A stretch of DNA of 46,325 bases from Cytophagales bacterium. GTDB lineage: Bacteria; Bacteroidota; Bacteroidia; Cytophagales; Spirosomataceae. How positions within the stretch are numbered: position 1 is the stretch's first letter; every line of letters starts with the position of its first letter. Below the pieces are notes generated by a model, which was given only the letters and a program-made list of their open reading frames with translations, was not told where the DNA came from and searched no databases. The stretch covers positions 1 through 46,325 of the forward strand of contig JBBRUV010000001.1 in assembly GCA_038247465.1 (NCBI GenBank), written 5' to 3'. The position numbers and the translations under genes were made by a program. Shown here one piece after another: positions 9,968 through 18,564 of the stretch.

Positions 9968-10284
9968 TACCGGGCCTACATTCGTCAAAGAATTAAAGCA
10001 GTTAGCCAAGAAATACCGTTCCCTAAAAAGCGATGTAGCCGCCTTGTCTGACAAACTGGCTAAAAGTCCTGACATCGGCGAATCATTAGAAAAAAATTGT
10101 TACAAAATCCGGCTTGCCATCAAAAGCAGGGGAAAAGGCAAACGGGGCAGTGCACGCGTGATTACCTGCGTCGTTGTCGGTCGAAGAACGCGTTGTGCTG
10201 CTGTCCATTTATGACAAAGCCGATCAGGATACAATCGCTGATACTGAATTGGTTGACTTACTAAACGAAACCGACTTACTTTAA
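9951..10284 (+). pseudogene. RelE/ParE-family toxin gene with a +1 frameshift near 10177-10181
   Basis: Frame 1 gives MKYQIDTGPTFVKELKQLAKKYRSLKSDV...CYKIRLAIKSRGKGKRGSARVITCVVV, then runs into GRRTRCAAVHL*. Shifting one base at GTCGTTGTC-G-GTCGAAGAA restores the family-typical C-terminus VEERVVLLSIYDKADQDTIADTELVDLLNETDLL* (stop at 10282-10284). Confidence 0.75.
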
Positions 10285-10288
10285 TCAC

Positions 10289-10344
10289 GTAACGCGGGTG
10301 GAAACCTGCAATTCAAAAAAAATGCGGGTTTCCACCCGCGTTAC
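10289..10344. repeat. Perfect 18-bp-stem hairpin (GTAACGCGGGTGGAAACC / GGTTTCCACCCGCGTTAC) with an A-rich 20-nt loop, ending 5 nt before the pheA ATG
   Basis: The arms at 10289-10306 and 10327-10344 were checked base by base. Confidence 0.85.
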
Positions 10345-10349
10345 ATTAA

Positions 10350-11423
10350 ATGACCCTCCAATCCCTGCGCGACCAGATTGATGCCCTCGACGACCAACTG
10401 CTGGCGATGATGAACCAGCGCATGAACCTCGTCAGGCACGTTGGCGAACTCAAACGCGCTACCAACGCTATTATCTACCGCCCCGAACGCGAACGCCAGA
10501 TTATTGACCGGCTGACTGCCCAAAACCCCGGCCCCCTGAACCGGGCCGCTATCGAAGCTATTTTCTTAGAAGTTTTTGCCGTTGCCCGCAATATGGAATT
10601 GCCCGAGCGCGTGGCTTTTCTGGGGCCGGATGGCTCCTTTACGCATCAAGCCGCCGAAAGCCGCTTTGGTGGGCTGAGTGCCTACACCGCCCTGCCTACC
10701 ATTCGTTCGGTATTCGAGAGCGTGGAAACCGGGCGGGCGCGGTTTGGCGTGGTGCCGATAGAAAACAATCAGGAGGGGGTAGTAAACGAAACCATTGACC
10801 TGCTCTACGAAAAAGACCTCACCATTGCCGCCGAAGCCCAGATTCCGGTTCATTTTACGTTTGCCACCCAAACCGAAAACCTCGCCGACATTACGCACGT
10901 TTACTCCAAAGACATCGCGTTCCGGCAGTGCAGCAAGTTTTTGAACGATACGTTTGATGGATTGAAAGCCGAACTCGTGCCGGTGGAAAGCACCTCGAAA
11001 GCGGCCAAATTGGCGGCCCAAAACCCCAACTCGGCGGCTATCTGCTCTGAAATTGCGGCCAAACTGTTTGCGGTGCCGGTGCTGTTTGCCAACATCGAAG
11101 ACTCAGCCCTGAACCGGACGCGCTTCCTGATTCTGGCAAAAGACTTTGATAATCAGCCCTGCGGACGCGACAAAACTACGCTCATTGCCCGTTTGCCCAA
11201 CACCGAATCGCCGGGGGTGCTGGCGCAGTTCCTGCAGGAGTTTGACCGGCGCGGTATTAACCTGACCAAAATAGAAAGCCGCCCCCTGCGCGATGGAGCC
11301 ACGTTTCGGTATTGGTTTCTGCTCGAATGTGAGGGCCACGCCAACGAACCGGCTTTGCAGGAGATACTAAATCACCATGCCGCCGACGTAAAATGGCTCG
11401 GCAGCTACGTGAATATGGCGTGA
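10350..11423 (+). CDS. pheA: Bifunctional chorismate mutase / prephenate dehydratase (P-protein)
   Basis: The N-terminal chorismate mutase helix region is LRDQIDALDDQLLAMMNQRMNLVRHVGELK. The prephenate dehydratase domain (VAFLGPDGSFTHQAA...IENNQEGVVNETIDLL) and a C-terminal ACT region (TRFLIL...TTLIARLPNTESPGVLAQFLQEF...INLTKIESRP) follow. Confidence 0.93.
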   Translation: MTLQSLRDQIDALDDQLLAMMNQRMNLVRHVGELKRATNAIIYRPERERQIIDRLTAQNPGPLNRAAIEAIFLEVFAVARNMELPERVAFLGPDGSFTHQAAESRFGGLSAYTALPTIRSVFESVETGRARFGVVPIENNQEGVVNETIDLLYEKDLTIAAEAQIPVHFTFATQTENLADITHVYSKDIAFRQCSKFLNDTFDGLKAELVPVESTSKAAKLAAQNPNSAAICSEIAAKLFAVPVLFANIEDSALNRTRFLILAKDFDNQPCGRDKTTLIARLPNTESPGVLAQFLQEFDRRGINLTKIESRPLRDGATFRYWFLLECEGHANEPALQEILNHHAADVKWLGSYVNMA

Positions 11424-11565
11424 TTTAGTGAGGGTAACGGTTTGCGGCTTGGCGGAGATCGAAGCACAAAACTTCAACTTTGTACTAAAATTCAATTGAA
11501 AAACTGAACCTGAATTTAGCACTCAACCCGCCATGTTGCCAAACCGATGTTGCCTGCTGGCATTG

Positions 11566-12159
11566 TTATTCAGCAAAATATTTCGTTTCATTCTTTAGTG
11601 TAGTTTTGATAAATGGTGGAAGTAATTCAATATTGTCTTTCACTTTTGCAAATCTTTTTTCAATGTCCCCGTTAATTTCAGAATACTTGTCAAAATACCA
11701 TAATGCTAAAGGAATACTGTCGCTTAATTTTTTAACGTCCTTAACTGATTTTACAATAAATTGTTCAACTTCTTTAACAGCGTTATGATTTGGGTGGATA
11801 AAAATTGCCCATAATGCATAGTAATTTTGTCGGAAATTATTGTCCAATAAAAGTTGTCCTAAAAATTCATTTTCTGTTCCATTTGCCAGTTGTCTAATTG
11901 CCAAAACTGCCGTACCTTGAACATCATTTGATTTTGACAACACAACTGATTTTAGCGGCACGATTGATTTTTTAGTTCCTAAAACTCTCAATGATAAAAT
12001 AGCCCAATAATGGTTAGATTTTGAAGTTGAATTTAACAAAATCTGAATAAGCGCATCTTCCGTAAATTCAGTTTTCTTTTTCTTAAAATACTTTTCGTAT
12101 TCTAACAAGTCCTCTTTTGTCGGTTTAAAATCTGTTGATAAATTAAATGGATTTTTCAT
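11566..12159 (-). CDS. Orphan hypothetical protein (all-alpha, HEAT/armadillo-like by eye) in an AT-rich islet
   Basis: This is a clean 197-aa ORF with an ATG start, Lys/Asn/Ile-rich. The DNA is visibly far more AT-rich than both flanks. No recognisable catalytic motif was found. Confidence 0.6.
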   Translation of the reverse strand: MKNPFNLSTDFKPTKEDLLEYEKYFKKKKTEFTEDALIQILLNSTSKSNHYWAILSLRVLGTKKSIVPLKSVVLSKSNDVQGTAVLAIRQLANGTENEFLGQLLLDNNFRQNYYALWAIFIHPNHNAVKEVEQFIVKSVKDVKKLSDSIPLALWYFDKYSEINGDIEKRFAKVKDNIELLPPFIKTTLKNETKYFAE

Positions 12160-12210
12160 AGGGTGTGTGTCGGTAGGCTTGCAGGCATACTTTATAATAT
12201 ACGAAAGTTT

Positions 12211-12284
12211 TGTCGTACTTTTTGTATTGTTTTGTGTTTTACGAATAGTTCATTGTACTTTATCTGTCGTACTTTTCGTATTGT
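12211..12284. promoter_or_regulatory. Two 20-nt direct repeats (TGTCGTACTTTTTGTATTGT at 12211-12230; TGTCGTACTTTTCGTATTGT at 12265-12284), 54 bp apart, upstream of the orphan gene
   Basis: The repeats were read directly and differ at one position. They lie 52-125 nt upstream of the ATG at 12159 (minus strand). Confidence 0.4.
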
Positions 12285-12343
12285 CTGCAACAAACTTAAT
12301 ACACAAAAACATAGCAAACTGCTCATAACACCCAAAATCACCC

Positions 12344-13444
12344 TTAGGCCAGCAATCCTTTGTAAACCGTTTCCCACCGATGAATATTCGGGGCAATGTC
12401 GAACTCTTCGCGCACAAGCTGTCCAGCGTTCTCGCGCAGGGTTTCGTAATCGGCGGGGGATAAATCGGCGATGCGGTTCATAGCCCTGGCGATGGCTTCG
12501 GGCGTGTTGTCAACCCAATCGCCTACGTTGCGGTCGTGCAGAATTTGCCAGGGTGTGCCGGTAGAGGCAATGGCCGGGGTTTGCTGGGTGAGGGCTTCGG
12601 TAACCACAATGCCAAAATTCTCAGTGTGCGAGGGCATAATCAGACAGTCGGCATTGGCCATGAGCTGGTATTTTTCATCGCCCCGTTTGTGGCCCACAAA
12701 CTGCACCTGTCCGTTCAGGTTCAGGCGGTTCGCCAACTCGCGCAGTCCCCGTCCGTACTCGCTGTCATCGTCGCCAACTATTTTTAGTGGCTTCTTTATC
12801 CGCACGAATGGCAAGGCTTCGATAAGCCGTTCGATGGCTTTTTTTGGGTGAATCCGGCCCACATACAACCAGAAATTACCGGGCGTTCGGGGCAGTTGGG
12901 CGGGCAGTTCCATAAAATACGGTATCTGCACGATTCTCGCATCGGCCCCGAAATTGGTCTTGACGTACTCGGTTTCGGCATCGCAGGTGGAATGAAACAG
13001 TACCCGTTTCTGAAACAACCGCACGAGTTGCAGAATCGGGCGTTTGCGGGCGGGACTGTAAATCAGCGCGTCGGGGTCGAGTTCACCGTGCGGTGTCCAG
13101 ACGATTTTTTTGCCTAAAACAATCGCCAGCGGAGCCAGCAGCCACGAAATGGGGTAAAAAATGGCCGATAGATGCACGATGTCGCAGTTCCAGAGCGGCC
13201 CCAGCGACTGTAACAACAACTTAACCGGGGCGTAATGCACGGCGGTTTCAACGTAAATCACCCGGCCACAATCCCGGTCGAGCCATTGGTCAAGCGGCAC
13301 ATCGGAGCCGATGCCATCGTTGGTGGTGGCTACCCAGATTTGGTGGCCGCGCTGATGCAGGGCTTTGGTGTGCCAGTACATGATATTGTCGGGGCCACCG
13401 ATTTGGGCCGGATAAAACGAGCCGATGGGGAAGAATATGTTCAA
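12344..13444 (-). CDS. Glycosyltransferase family 4 (GT-B fold)
   Basis: The 366-aa ORF starts FPIGSFYPAQIGGPDN and carries the C-terminal sugar-donor motif PSHTENFGIVVTEALTQQTPAIAS. Confidence 0.85.
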   Translation of the reverse strand: MNIFFPIGSFYPAQIGGPDNIMYWHTKALHQRGHQIWVATTNDGIGSDVPLDQWLDRDCGRVIYVETAVHYAPVKLLLQSLGPLWNCDIVHLSAIFYPISWLLAPLAIVLGKKIVWTPHGELDPDALIYSPARKRPILQLVRLFQKRVLFHSTCDAETEYVKTNFGADARIVQIPYFMELPAQLPRTPGNFWLYVGRIHPKKAIERLIEALPFVRIKKPLKIVGDDDSEYGRGLRELANRLNLNGQVQFVGHKRGDEKYQLMANADCLIMPSHTENFGIVVTEALTQQTPAIASTGTPWQILHDRNVGDWVDNTPEAIARAMNRIADLSPADYETLRENAGQLVREEFDIAPNIHRWETVYKGLLA

Positions 13445-13482
13445 TGTGTTTAGTTGGTGGTTTGTGCGGGGTGGCCCGTACC

Positions 13483-13567
13483 GTTTGTGGTTTGTAGTTT
13501 GTGGTTTGTGGTTCCTGCCGGACGGTTACGTTCGCGTCAGCAAAACCACGAACCACGAACTACGAAC
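13483..13567. repeat. Heptamer-array hairpin element (GTTTGTR x4 - GC-rich core - AACYACG x3) in the gap between two glycosyltransferase genes
   Basis: The left arm is 13483-13514, the core is 13515-13543 and the right arm is 13544-13567. The right arm overlaps the stop of the upstream gene (TAG at 13560-13562). Confidence 0.85.
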
Positions 13568-14726
13568 TCAGCTTTTTGAATCCTCCCAGCATCTCCTTTG
13601 CCACTTTTTCCGGCGAAAACGGCGCGATGATTTCCTGCCCGGCGCGGCCCATGTCGGCGCGGTCGGTATCGGTCATGGCTATGATTCGGGTTAGCGCGTT
13701 AGTGAGTTGGCGGGGTTGTTCGGGGTCAAAAATAAGGCCGTTTCGTTCATTCTGCACCAAATCGGCGACGCAGCCGCACCGATCCGACACCACAACGGGC
13801 AGACCGCAGACCATCGCTTCGTTTACAACCAAGCCCCAGGGTTCGGAGCGGCTCGGCAGCACGAGCGTGTCGGCCAGGGCCAGCACCGCCGGCACCCGAT
13901 ACCAGGCCCGGCCCGGCAACACCTGTACGGTATCTGCCAACCCAAGTTCATTCACCCGTTGCCGGAGGGGTTCGGCCAATGGGCCATCGCCCAGAAACAG
14001 CAACCCCCAGTTGGGCCCCGCCCCGCTTTGTCTAACTTCGGCAAAAGCATTGAGCAAGGCCATTAAATTTTTGACTTCGATCAATCGCCCGACGAAAATC
14101 AGGTTTCTCGGTTTCAGAGCCAGCCGGTTTTGTTCGGCAGTGCGGTTGGGTTGGGCGCGTTGGTAAGCCGTCAGAAGAGCCTGATTATCAACCGCATTTT
14201 TCCGCATCAAAATTTTTCGGGCCGGCACGCCTAAGCCCAGCAGGTAGTTTGCGGCCATCGTGCCGAAGCAGAAAAAACCGTCGCACTGACTCAGAATCAG
14301 TCGTTTAAGCGCGTCACGCCAGCCGCCCGGCGGGTTGTCGGCAGCGGTACTTTCGTTCTGCATCAGTACCCGAACGCCGGTTAGTTTAGCCCAGGCCAGC
14401 AGTAACAATTGAGCGGGGTCATAGTAGCCGGTGAGGTACAGCACGTCGGGTTTGAACGCCCGTGTCCGGCCAAGCAGCGCGCGGGCGCGTTCAATCGGCG
14501 TAGTGTCCTCGATAAATCGGTCGAAAAGCAGGTCGTATTCGTAGGTGTAGCGGGGCGCGTCGGGCAACGAATCGGCTTCTAATCCGGCCCGTGAGCGTTC
14601 GTTACGGGCAATCTGAATTACCCGCAGCACCACGTCAGCTTCCTGACTGGCAAGCGTCTGAAGGTGCTGAAAAACAACCGATTTGTAATGCGCCCAGAGA
14701 ATGTTATGAACAAGGAGTACGCGCAT
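13560..14726 (-). CDS. Glycosyltransferase family 4
   Basis: The 388-aa ORF carries the motif PSRSEPWGLVVNEAMVCGLPVVVSDRCG. Confidence 0.85.
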   Translation of the reverse strand: MRVLLVHNILWAHYKSVVFQHLQTLASQEADVVLRVIQIARNERSRAGLEADSLPDAPRYTYEYDLLFDRFIEDTTPIERARALLGRTRAFKPDVLYLTGYYDPAQLLLLAWAKLTGVRVLMQNESTAADNPPGGWRDALKRLILSQCDGFFCFGTMAANYLLGLGVPARKILMRKNAVDNQALLTAYQRAQPNRTAEQNRLALKPRNLIFVGRLIEVKNLMALLNAFAEVRQSGAGPNWGLLFLGDGPLAEPLRQRVNELGLADTVQVLPGRAWYRVPAVLALADTLVLPSRSEPWGLVVNEAMVCGLPVVVSDRCGCVADLVQNERNGLIFDPEQPRQLTNALTRIIAMTDTDRADMGRAGQEIIAPFSPEKVAKEMLGGFKKLSS

Positions 14727-14728
14727 CG

Positions 14729-16120
14729 TCAGGTCGTTGCCGGAACAGAAATCGGCTGAACGGTCGGCACGGCGTAACCATCATAGCTCACGGCGGGCGG
14801 GTTGTTCCAGAACCGAACCGGAATCAGGTTATCAATGCCCATAAACCGGATCATGAGGCCGAGCGGGTGCCAGTGATATATCTCATACGGGCGACCATTG
14901 GTAAACATTTGCACCAATATCAGTATATAAAAATAGGCCAGAAACGTGGTGAGCGTATTAGGGTTGGTTTGCATGGCCCGCAGGCTATAATACAAACACA
15001 TCGCGTTGAGACCGCCGAACAAAATCAGCCCCAGAATGCCATGATTGATAAAGGCTTCCAGCACGGGAATATCCAAGTATTGAAACTTATAGCCGTTGCC
15101 GAAGACCAGCATTTCCATATGGCCGACCAATATGTTAGTCAGAAAGCCCGTGCTGATGGTGCGGTTGGCAACCGAGGCATCGAGAGCCGCTTTGTAGGCC
15201 ATTCCCGACGATTTCATGCCTAAGGCCGCGTACACGTTTTCTAAATTACGCTCCAGAAACGCCAGCACGTAGCCGTATAACACGCCATAGACTTCGTAGT
15301 ATCGTCGGAGAAGAAACAGCATTCCGAAAATAAAAATAGCAATTGTAATGATTGGAATCGGTTTCAACAGCCCCCGAACCGCCGTTCTGATTTGGGCGGG
15401 CCGGACGTTAAAAAACAGAAACAGCAGCACCACGAAGATAAATGCCACAATGCTCGACCGGGTTTGGGTCAGGATGAGGATACCCGCGCTGAACGCTGCC
15501 GAAAACAAACTCAGAATCCGGGGAATAATACCGGTTTCGGGCCGGAACGTCCAGATACCGCAGGCAATTACGCCCATGAGCGCGTTGCGGGCAAAGACGT
15601 GGGCGTTGCCGAGTCGTTCGCCGGTTTCAGTCGAACCGAAGTTAATCACGGCCCGCTGCCCAATGGTCCAGGTCGGGTCGGTAAGCATGGCATATACCAG
15701 GGCCAGGTTTGAGACTACCGTGAAACCGATAATCACCGGTACGGCCACCTCGATAATATCGTTGGGGATGTTGATGAGCAAAAACAGGAATACCAGTGAG
15801 AACAGAAAGTAGAAAAAATCAACGTTGTAATCTTTGAAACCCGGATCTCCGTTGAAGTAGTACATAGAAAAGATACTGAGCGCAATAAACCAGACGGACA
15901 TCCAGAACAGCAGGGTGTTGGGTCGGTATAACCGCCGAAAAACGGTAAACGGCACGCACAGCACGAAGCCAAGGCCCAGAACAATAGCAGTAAATGCCTG
16001 ACTGCCAGGGGCTAAACCCAGGGTTTCTTTAAGGAAAAATATGAGTGGCATTCCGTCCACCACGATGCAGATACCCAGCACGATCCGCATCAGATCAAGT
16101 TTTCGCAGCAGTTGAAGCAT
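14729..16120 (-). CDS. O-antigen ligase/polymerase-like (Wzy-type) integral membrane protein
   Basis: The 463-aa ORF has about 10-12 hydrophobic segments and sits inside the glycosyltransferase cluster. It is separated by 2 nt from the upstream-coordinate gene's start. Confidence 0.6.
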   Translation of the reverse strand: MLQLLRKLDLMRIVLGICIVVDGMPLIFFLKETLGLAPGSQAFTAIVLGLGFVLCVPFTVFRRLYRPNTLLFWMSVWFIALSIFSMYYFNGDPGFKDYNVDFFYFLFSLVFLFLLINIPNDIIEVAVPVIIGFTVVSNLALVYAMLTDPTWTIGQRAVINFGSTETGERLGNAHVFARNALMGVIACGIWTFRPETGIIPRILSLFSAAFSAGILILTQTRSSIVAFIFVVLLFLFFNVRPAQIRTAVRGLLKPIPIITIAIFIFGMLFLLRRYYEVYGVLYGYVLAFLERNLENVYAALGMKSSGMAYKAALDASVANRTISTGFLTNILVGHMEMLVFGNGYKFQYLDIPVLEAFINHGILGLILFGGLNAMCLYYSLRAMQTNPNTLTTFLAYFYILILVQMFTNGRPYEIYHWHPLGLMIRFMGIDNLIPVRFWNNPPAVSYDGYAVPTVQPISVPATT

Positions 16121-16121
16121 T

Positions 16122-16217
16122 GTTTAGTTTGTAGTTTGTGGTTTGTGGTTTGATGTTCGTGGTTGGCTACCGCATGAATACTGGCGCGGTAGCCAACTAC
16201 AAACCTCAAACCTCAAA
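16122..16217. repeat. Heptamer-array hairpin element filling the entire spacer between a GT4 gene and the Wzy-like gene
   Basis: The sequence is GTTTAGTTTGTAGTTTGTGGTTTGTGGTTTGATGTTCGTGGTTGGCTACCGC-atgaatactg-GCGCGGTAGCCAACTACAAACCTCAAACCTCAAAC. It overlaps the TGA at 16206-16208. Confidence 0.8.
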
Positions 16218-17321
16218 CTGACTCAGTTCCTGATAAACGTCAAACGTTTGGTCAGCCATCTTTTTACACGAAAATTCACGAAGCCGTATTGTACCCCGCG
16301 CCACCAGATCGGCCCGCAGGGTGTCGTTGGTTGCTACCCGCTCCACGGCATCGGCCATTGCGCCGGCATCATCGGGGTCAAAATAAACGGCGGCATCAGC
16401 GGCTACTTCGGGTAGCGAACTCCGGTTGCTCAACACTACCGGGCAACCGCAGCTAAAGGCTTCCAGCACCGGCAAACCAAAGCCTTCGTTGAGCGACGGA
16501 AACACAAACGCACGGGCGTTCTGGTACAACGCGGGCAGCGTAGCGTCGGTAATGGGTCGGTGATGTACCTGCGTGGCCAACCCCGATGCCTGAATCAGCG
16601 TCTGCTCGTTGCGGCTAAAACCCCCGCCCCCTGCACACACCAAATGCAGTCCCTGACGGCACAAAACGGGTTGAATGGCCCGAAAAAAAGCCGGAAAGTT
16701 TTTGTATAACGGCCGCTTTCCCACGAACAAAATGTACGGAAACGCCACCGGCGCGGGTAAGGGGCTGTACTGCCGTTCGCTGAACGACGACCCCAGCGGA
16801 ATAACCCGGATTTTGCCGGGGTCAACGTCCGGGAAAAACCGCAGCAGTTCCTGTTTCGAGCATTCCGAAACGCTGATAATTCGGTCGGCGCGGTGCAGCA
16901 GCGGGCGTTTTATGTCGGTCAGGTGTTCGCCTACTTCAGGATATATCTTGCCAAACCGTTCGCTCGTTGCGTCGTGAAAAGTCAGCACAAACGGCCTGGG
17001 GCCGAGGGGTTTCAGGAAATAGGGGTGGTAGTAGGTTGGGTGAAAGACATCAAACCGGCCCGCCCGCAGCCGCGCCGTGCTGCCTATCCGGTTCAGGGCC
17101 GAAGCCACCCGGTTGGCGTTATAATGCCCGGCCAACGGCCCAAACGTCTGATGGTTACTGAACTCTCTGGCGGCCAAATAGTCATTGTTGGAAAGCAACA
17201 GCGATAAATCGAACGAAAGGTCGGGACGGGGCGGAAATTGCCGCATCAACTCATAAAAATAACGGGGAACACCACCATACACCGCTCCCGTAAACGCTTG
17301 ATGGTCATACAGGACTTTCAT
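16206..17321 (-). CDS. Glycosyltransferase family 4 (mannosyltransferase-like)
   Basis: The 371-aa ORF carries the motif PSLNEGFGLPVLEAFSCGCPVVLSN. Confidence 0.85.
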   Translation of the reverse strand: MKVLYDHQAFTGAVYGGVPRYFYELMRQFPPRPDLSFDLSLLLSNNDYLAAREFSNHQTFGPLAGHYNANRVASALNRIGSTARLRAGRFDVFHPTYYHPYFLKPLGPRPFVLTFHDATSERFGKIYPEVGEHLTDIKRPLLHRADRIISVSECSKQELLRFFPDVDPGKIRVIPLGSSFSERQYSPLPAPVAFPYILFVGKRPLYKNFPAFFRAIQPVLCRQGLHLVCAGGGGFSRNEQTLIQASGLATQVHHRPITDATLPALYQNARAFVFPSLNEGFGLPVLEAFSCGCPVVLSNRSSLPEVAADAAVYFDPDDAGAMADAVERVATNDTLRADLVARGTIRLREFSCKKMADQTFDVYQELSQFEV

Positions 17322-17417
17322 ACTTTGGTTGTTCGTGTTTGTATTTTTCCAAGTAAATCAGGCGTAAACATACACTTTTTGTGGATAAATCTGATTTTCG
17401 TCTGCAACGAGTTAGAC

Positions 17418-18464
17418 TTACTTTAAGGAGCGTTGTTGTGTTTTTTGGGCCAAATGCTGCGCTACGGCATCCTGCACCCAATCGAACGGAAGTTCAGAAC
17501 AGGGATGCCCCAACCAGTTGAGAATCGTAACGCCTTCTCCGCGTTTATAGCGGCCCGAATACGGCAGATAGTCTACGTAATCAAACAACTGGCCCAGCAA
17601 AATAACGCCTTCTGTCCCTGTCGCATTGGCAAAATGAGCCGGGCCGCTGTCAATACCGATAAATAACCGGGCATTTTTGATTAGCTGTCCCGTTTCGAGC
17701 ATCGTTAACTGGCCGCACAAATTGATAAAACGCGGATCGGTCTGCTCAACGGTGGGCTGTAAACCAACTTCAACCACTGAATACGAATAGGTTTTGAGCA
17801 ACCACGCCACCAACTGATTCCATTGCCGGGCGGGCCAATCGCGGGGGGCATAACTCGACCGGCAATGAATAACGATCAACTCGTTGGGTAGATTCAGGCT
17901 CTGCACCCGCGCCGAAGTCAGGGCCGGGATATAGAGCCGGGGGTCGGCGGTGAGGGCGTGCAACCCGGCTGCCTGCGAAAACACATACAGCAAATCACCG
18001 TAATTGTAGTAGTTGGCGTATGTGATGTTGCGTGCGTCGGCCACAGCATTAACGGGTACTTCGGCGCAATATTTACACCGGCGGTTAGACAGGTGGAGGT
18101 TGTAAACATGGTCGAAAACGCCCGTATCGAGCAACCGGGTGCGTTGGCCGGAGCATTTTTCGATGATGTAGCCGTCGAGATTTGGGTTATGAATAATCAG
18201 GTCGAGGTATTGTTTACGCACAAACCAAACGATGTGGGCGGTGGGGTGCAACCGGCGCACTTCGCGGCTGACGGGTTCGCAGGCCACAATATCGCCCATT
18301 TGTTCTGACAGTGCGATGGCTATCAGGGGACCGTTGTTGAACCGCCATTTTTGCCAGCGCAGTTTCCCGTATTGAACGCCTACTGACAAGTACTTGTCAA
18401 CGATGTGAAAAAACTTATGGTAACGGTGTATCCAAAGCTGCTTAAACCTGGAAAATTTCATCAT
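17418..18464 (-). CDS. Glycosyltransferase family 9 (heptosyltransferase-like)
   Basis: The 348-aa ORF carries the GT9-type C-terminal motif LFIGIDSGPAHFANATGTEGVILLG and the N-terminal ALSEQMGDIVACEP. Confidence 0.75.
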   Translation of the reverse strand: MMKFSRFKQLWIHRYHKFFHIVDKYLSVGVQYGKLRWQKWRFNNGPLIAIALSEQMGDIVACEPVSREVRRLHPTAHIVWFVRKQYLDLIIHNPNLDGYIIEKCSGQRTRLLDTGVFDHVYNLHLSNRRCKYCAEVPVNAVADARNITYANYYNYGDLLYVFSQAAGLHALTADPRLYIPALTSARVQSLNLPNELIVIHCRSSYAPRDWPARQWNQLVAWLLKTYSYSVVEVGLQPTVEQTDPRFINLCGQLTMLETGQLIKNARLFIGIDSGPAHFANATGTEGVILLGQLFDYVDYLPYSGRYKRGEGVTILNWLGHPCSELPFDWVQDAVAQHLAQKTQQRSLK

Positions 18465-18515
18465 AATAAACGTCTGGATAATTCTTTTTGTCAGCCAAAG
18501 AGGCTAGACCACTAA

Positions 18516-18523
18516 CAAATCTA
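18516..18523 (-). promoter_or_regulatory. Candidate TAnnTTTG box (TAGATTTG on the minus strand) about 55 nt upstream of the GT9 gene
   Basis: This is a motif match only, with a high chance expectation. Confidence 0.2.
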
Positions 18524-18564
18524 CGCGACAAGCGGTGTTTTCGAGATTGTTGATGTTTTAAAAT

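Noticed and set aside
13451-13514. Possibility that the short tandem arrays are CRISPR-like or minisatellite loci
   Set aside because: The units are only 7-8 nt with no spacers. Each array has an inverted partner array, so the structure is a hairpin element, not a CRISPR array. No cas genes are in the window.
13501-14166. Long ORFs antisense to, or out of frame with, real genes. Examples are 13501-14166, 14591-15223, 20855-21433, 27967-28617, 30133-30735, 33499-34224, 41414-42145 and 42855-43397.
   Set aside because: These are shadow ORFs typical of GC-rich coding DNA. They have Arg/Ala/Gly/Pro-rich compositions and no motifs. Each is fully contained in a gene with strong family signatures on the other strand or in another frame.
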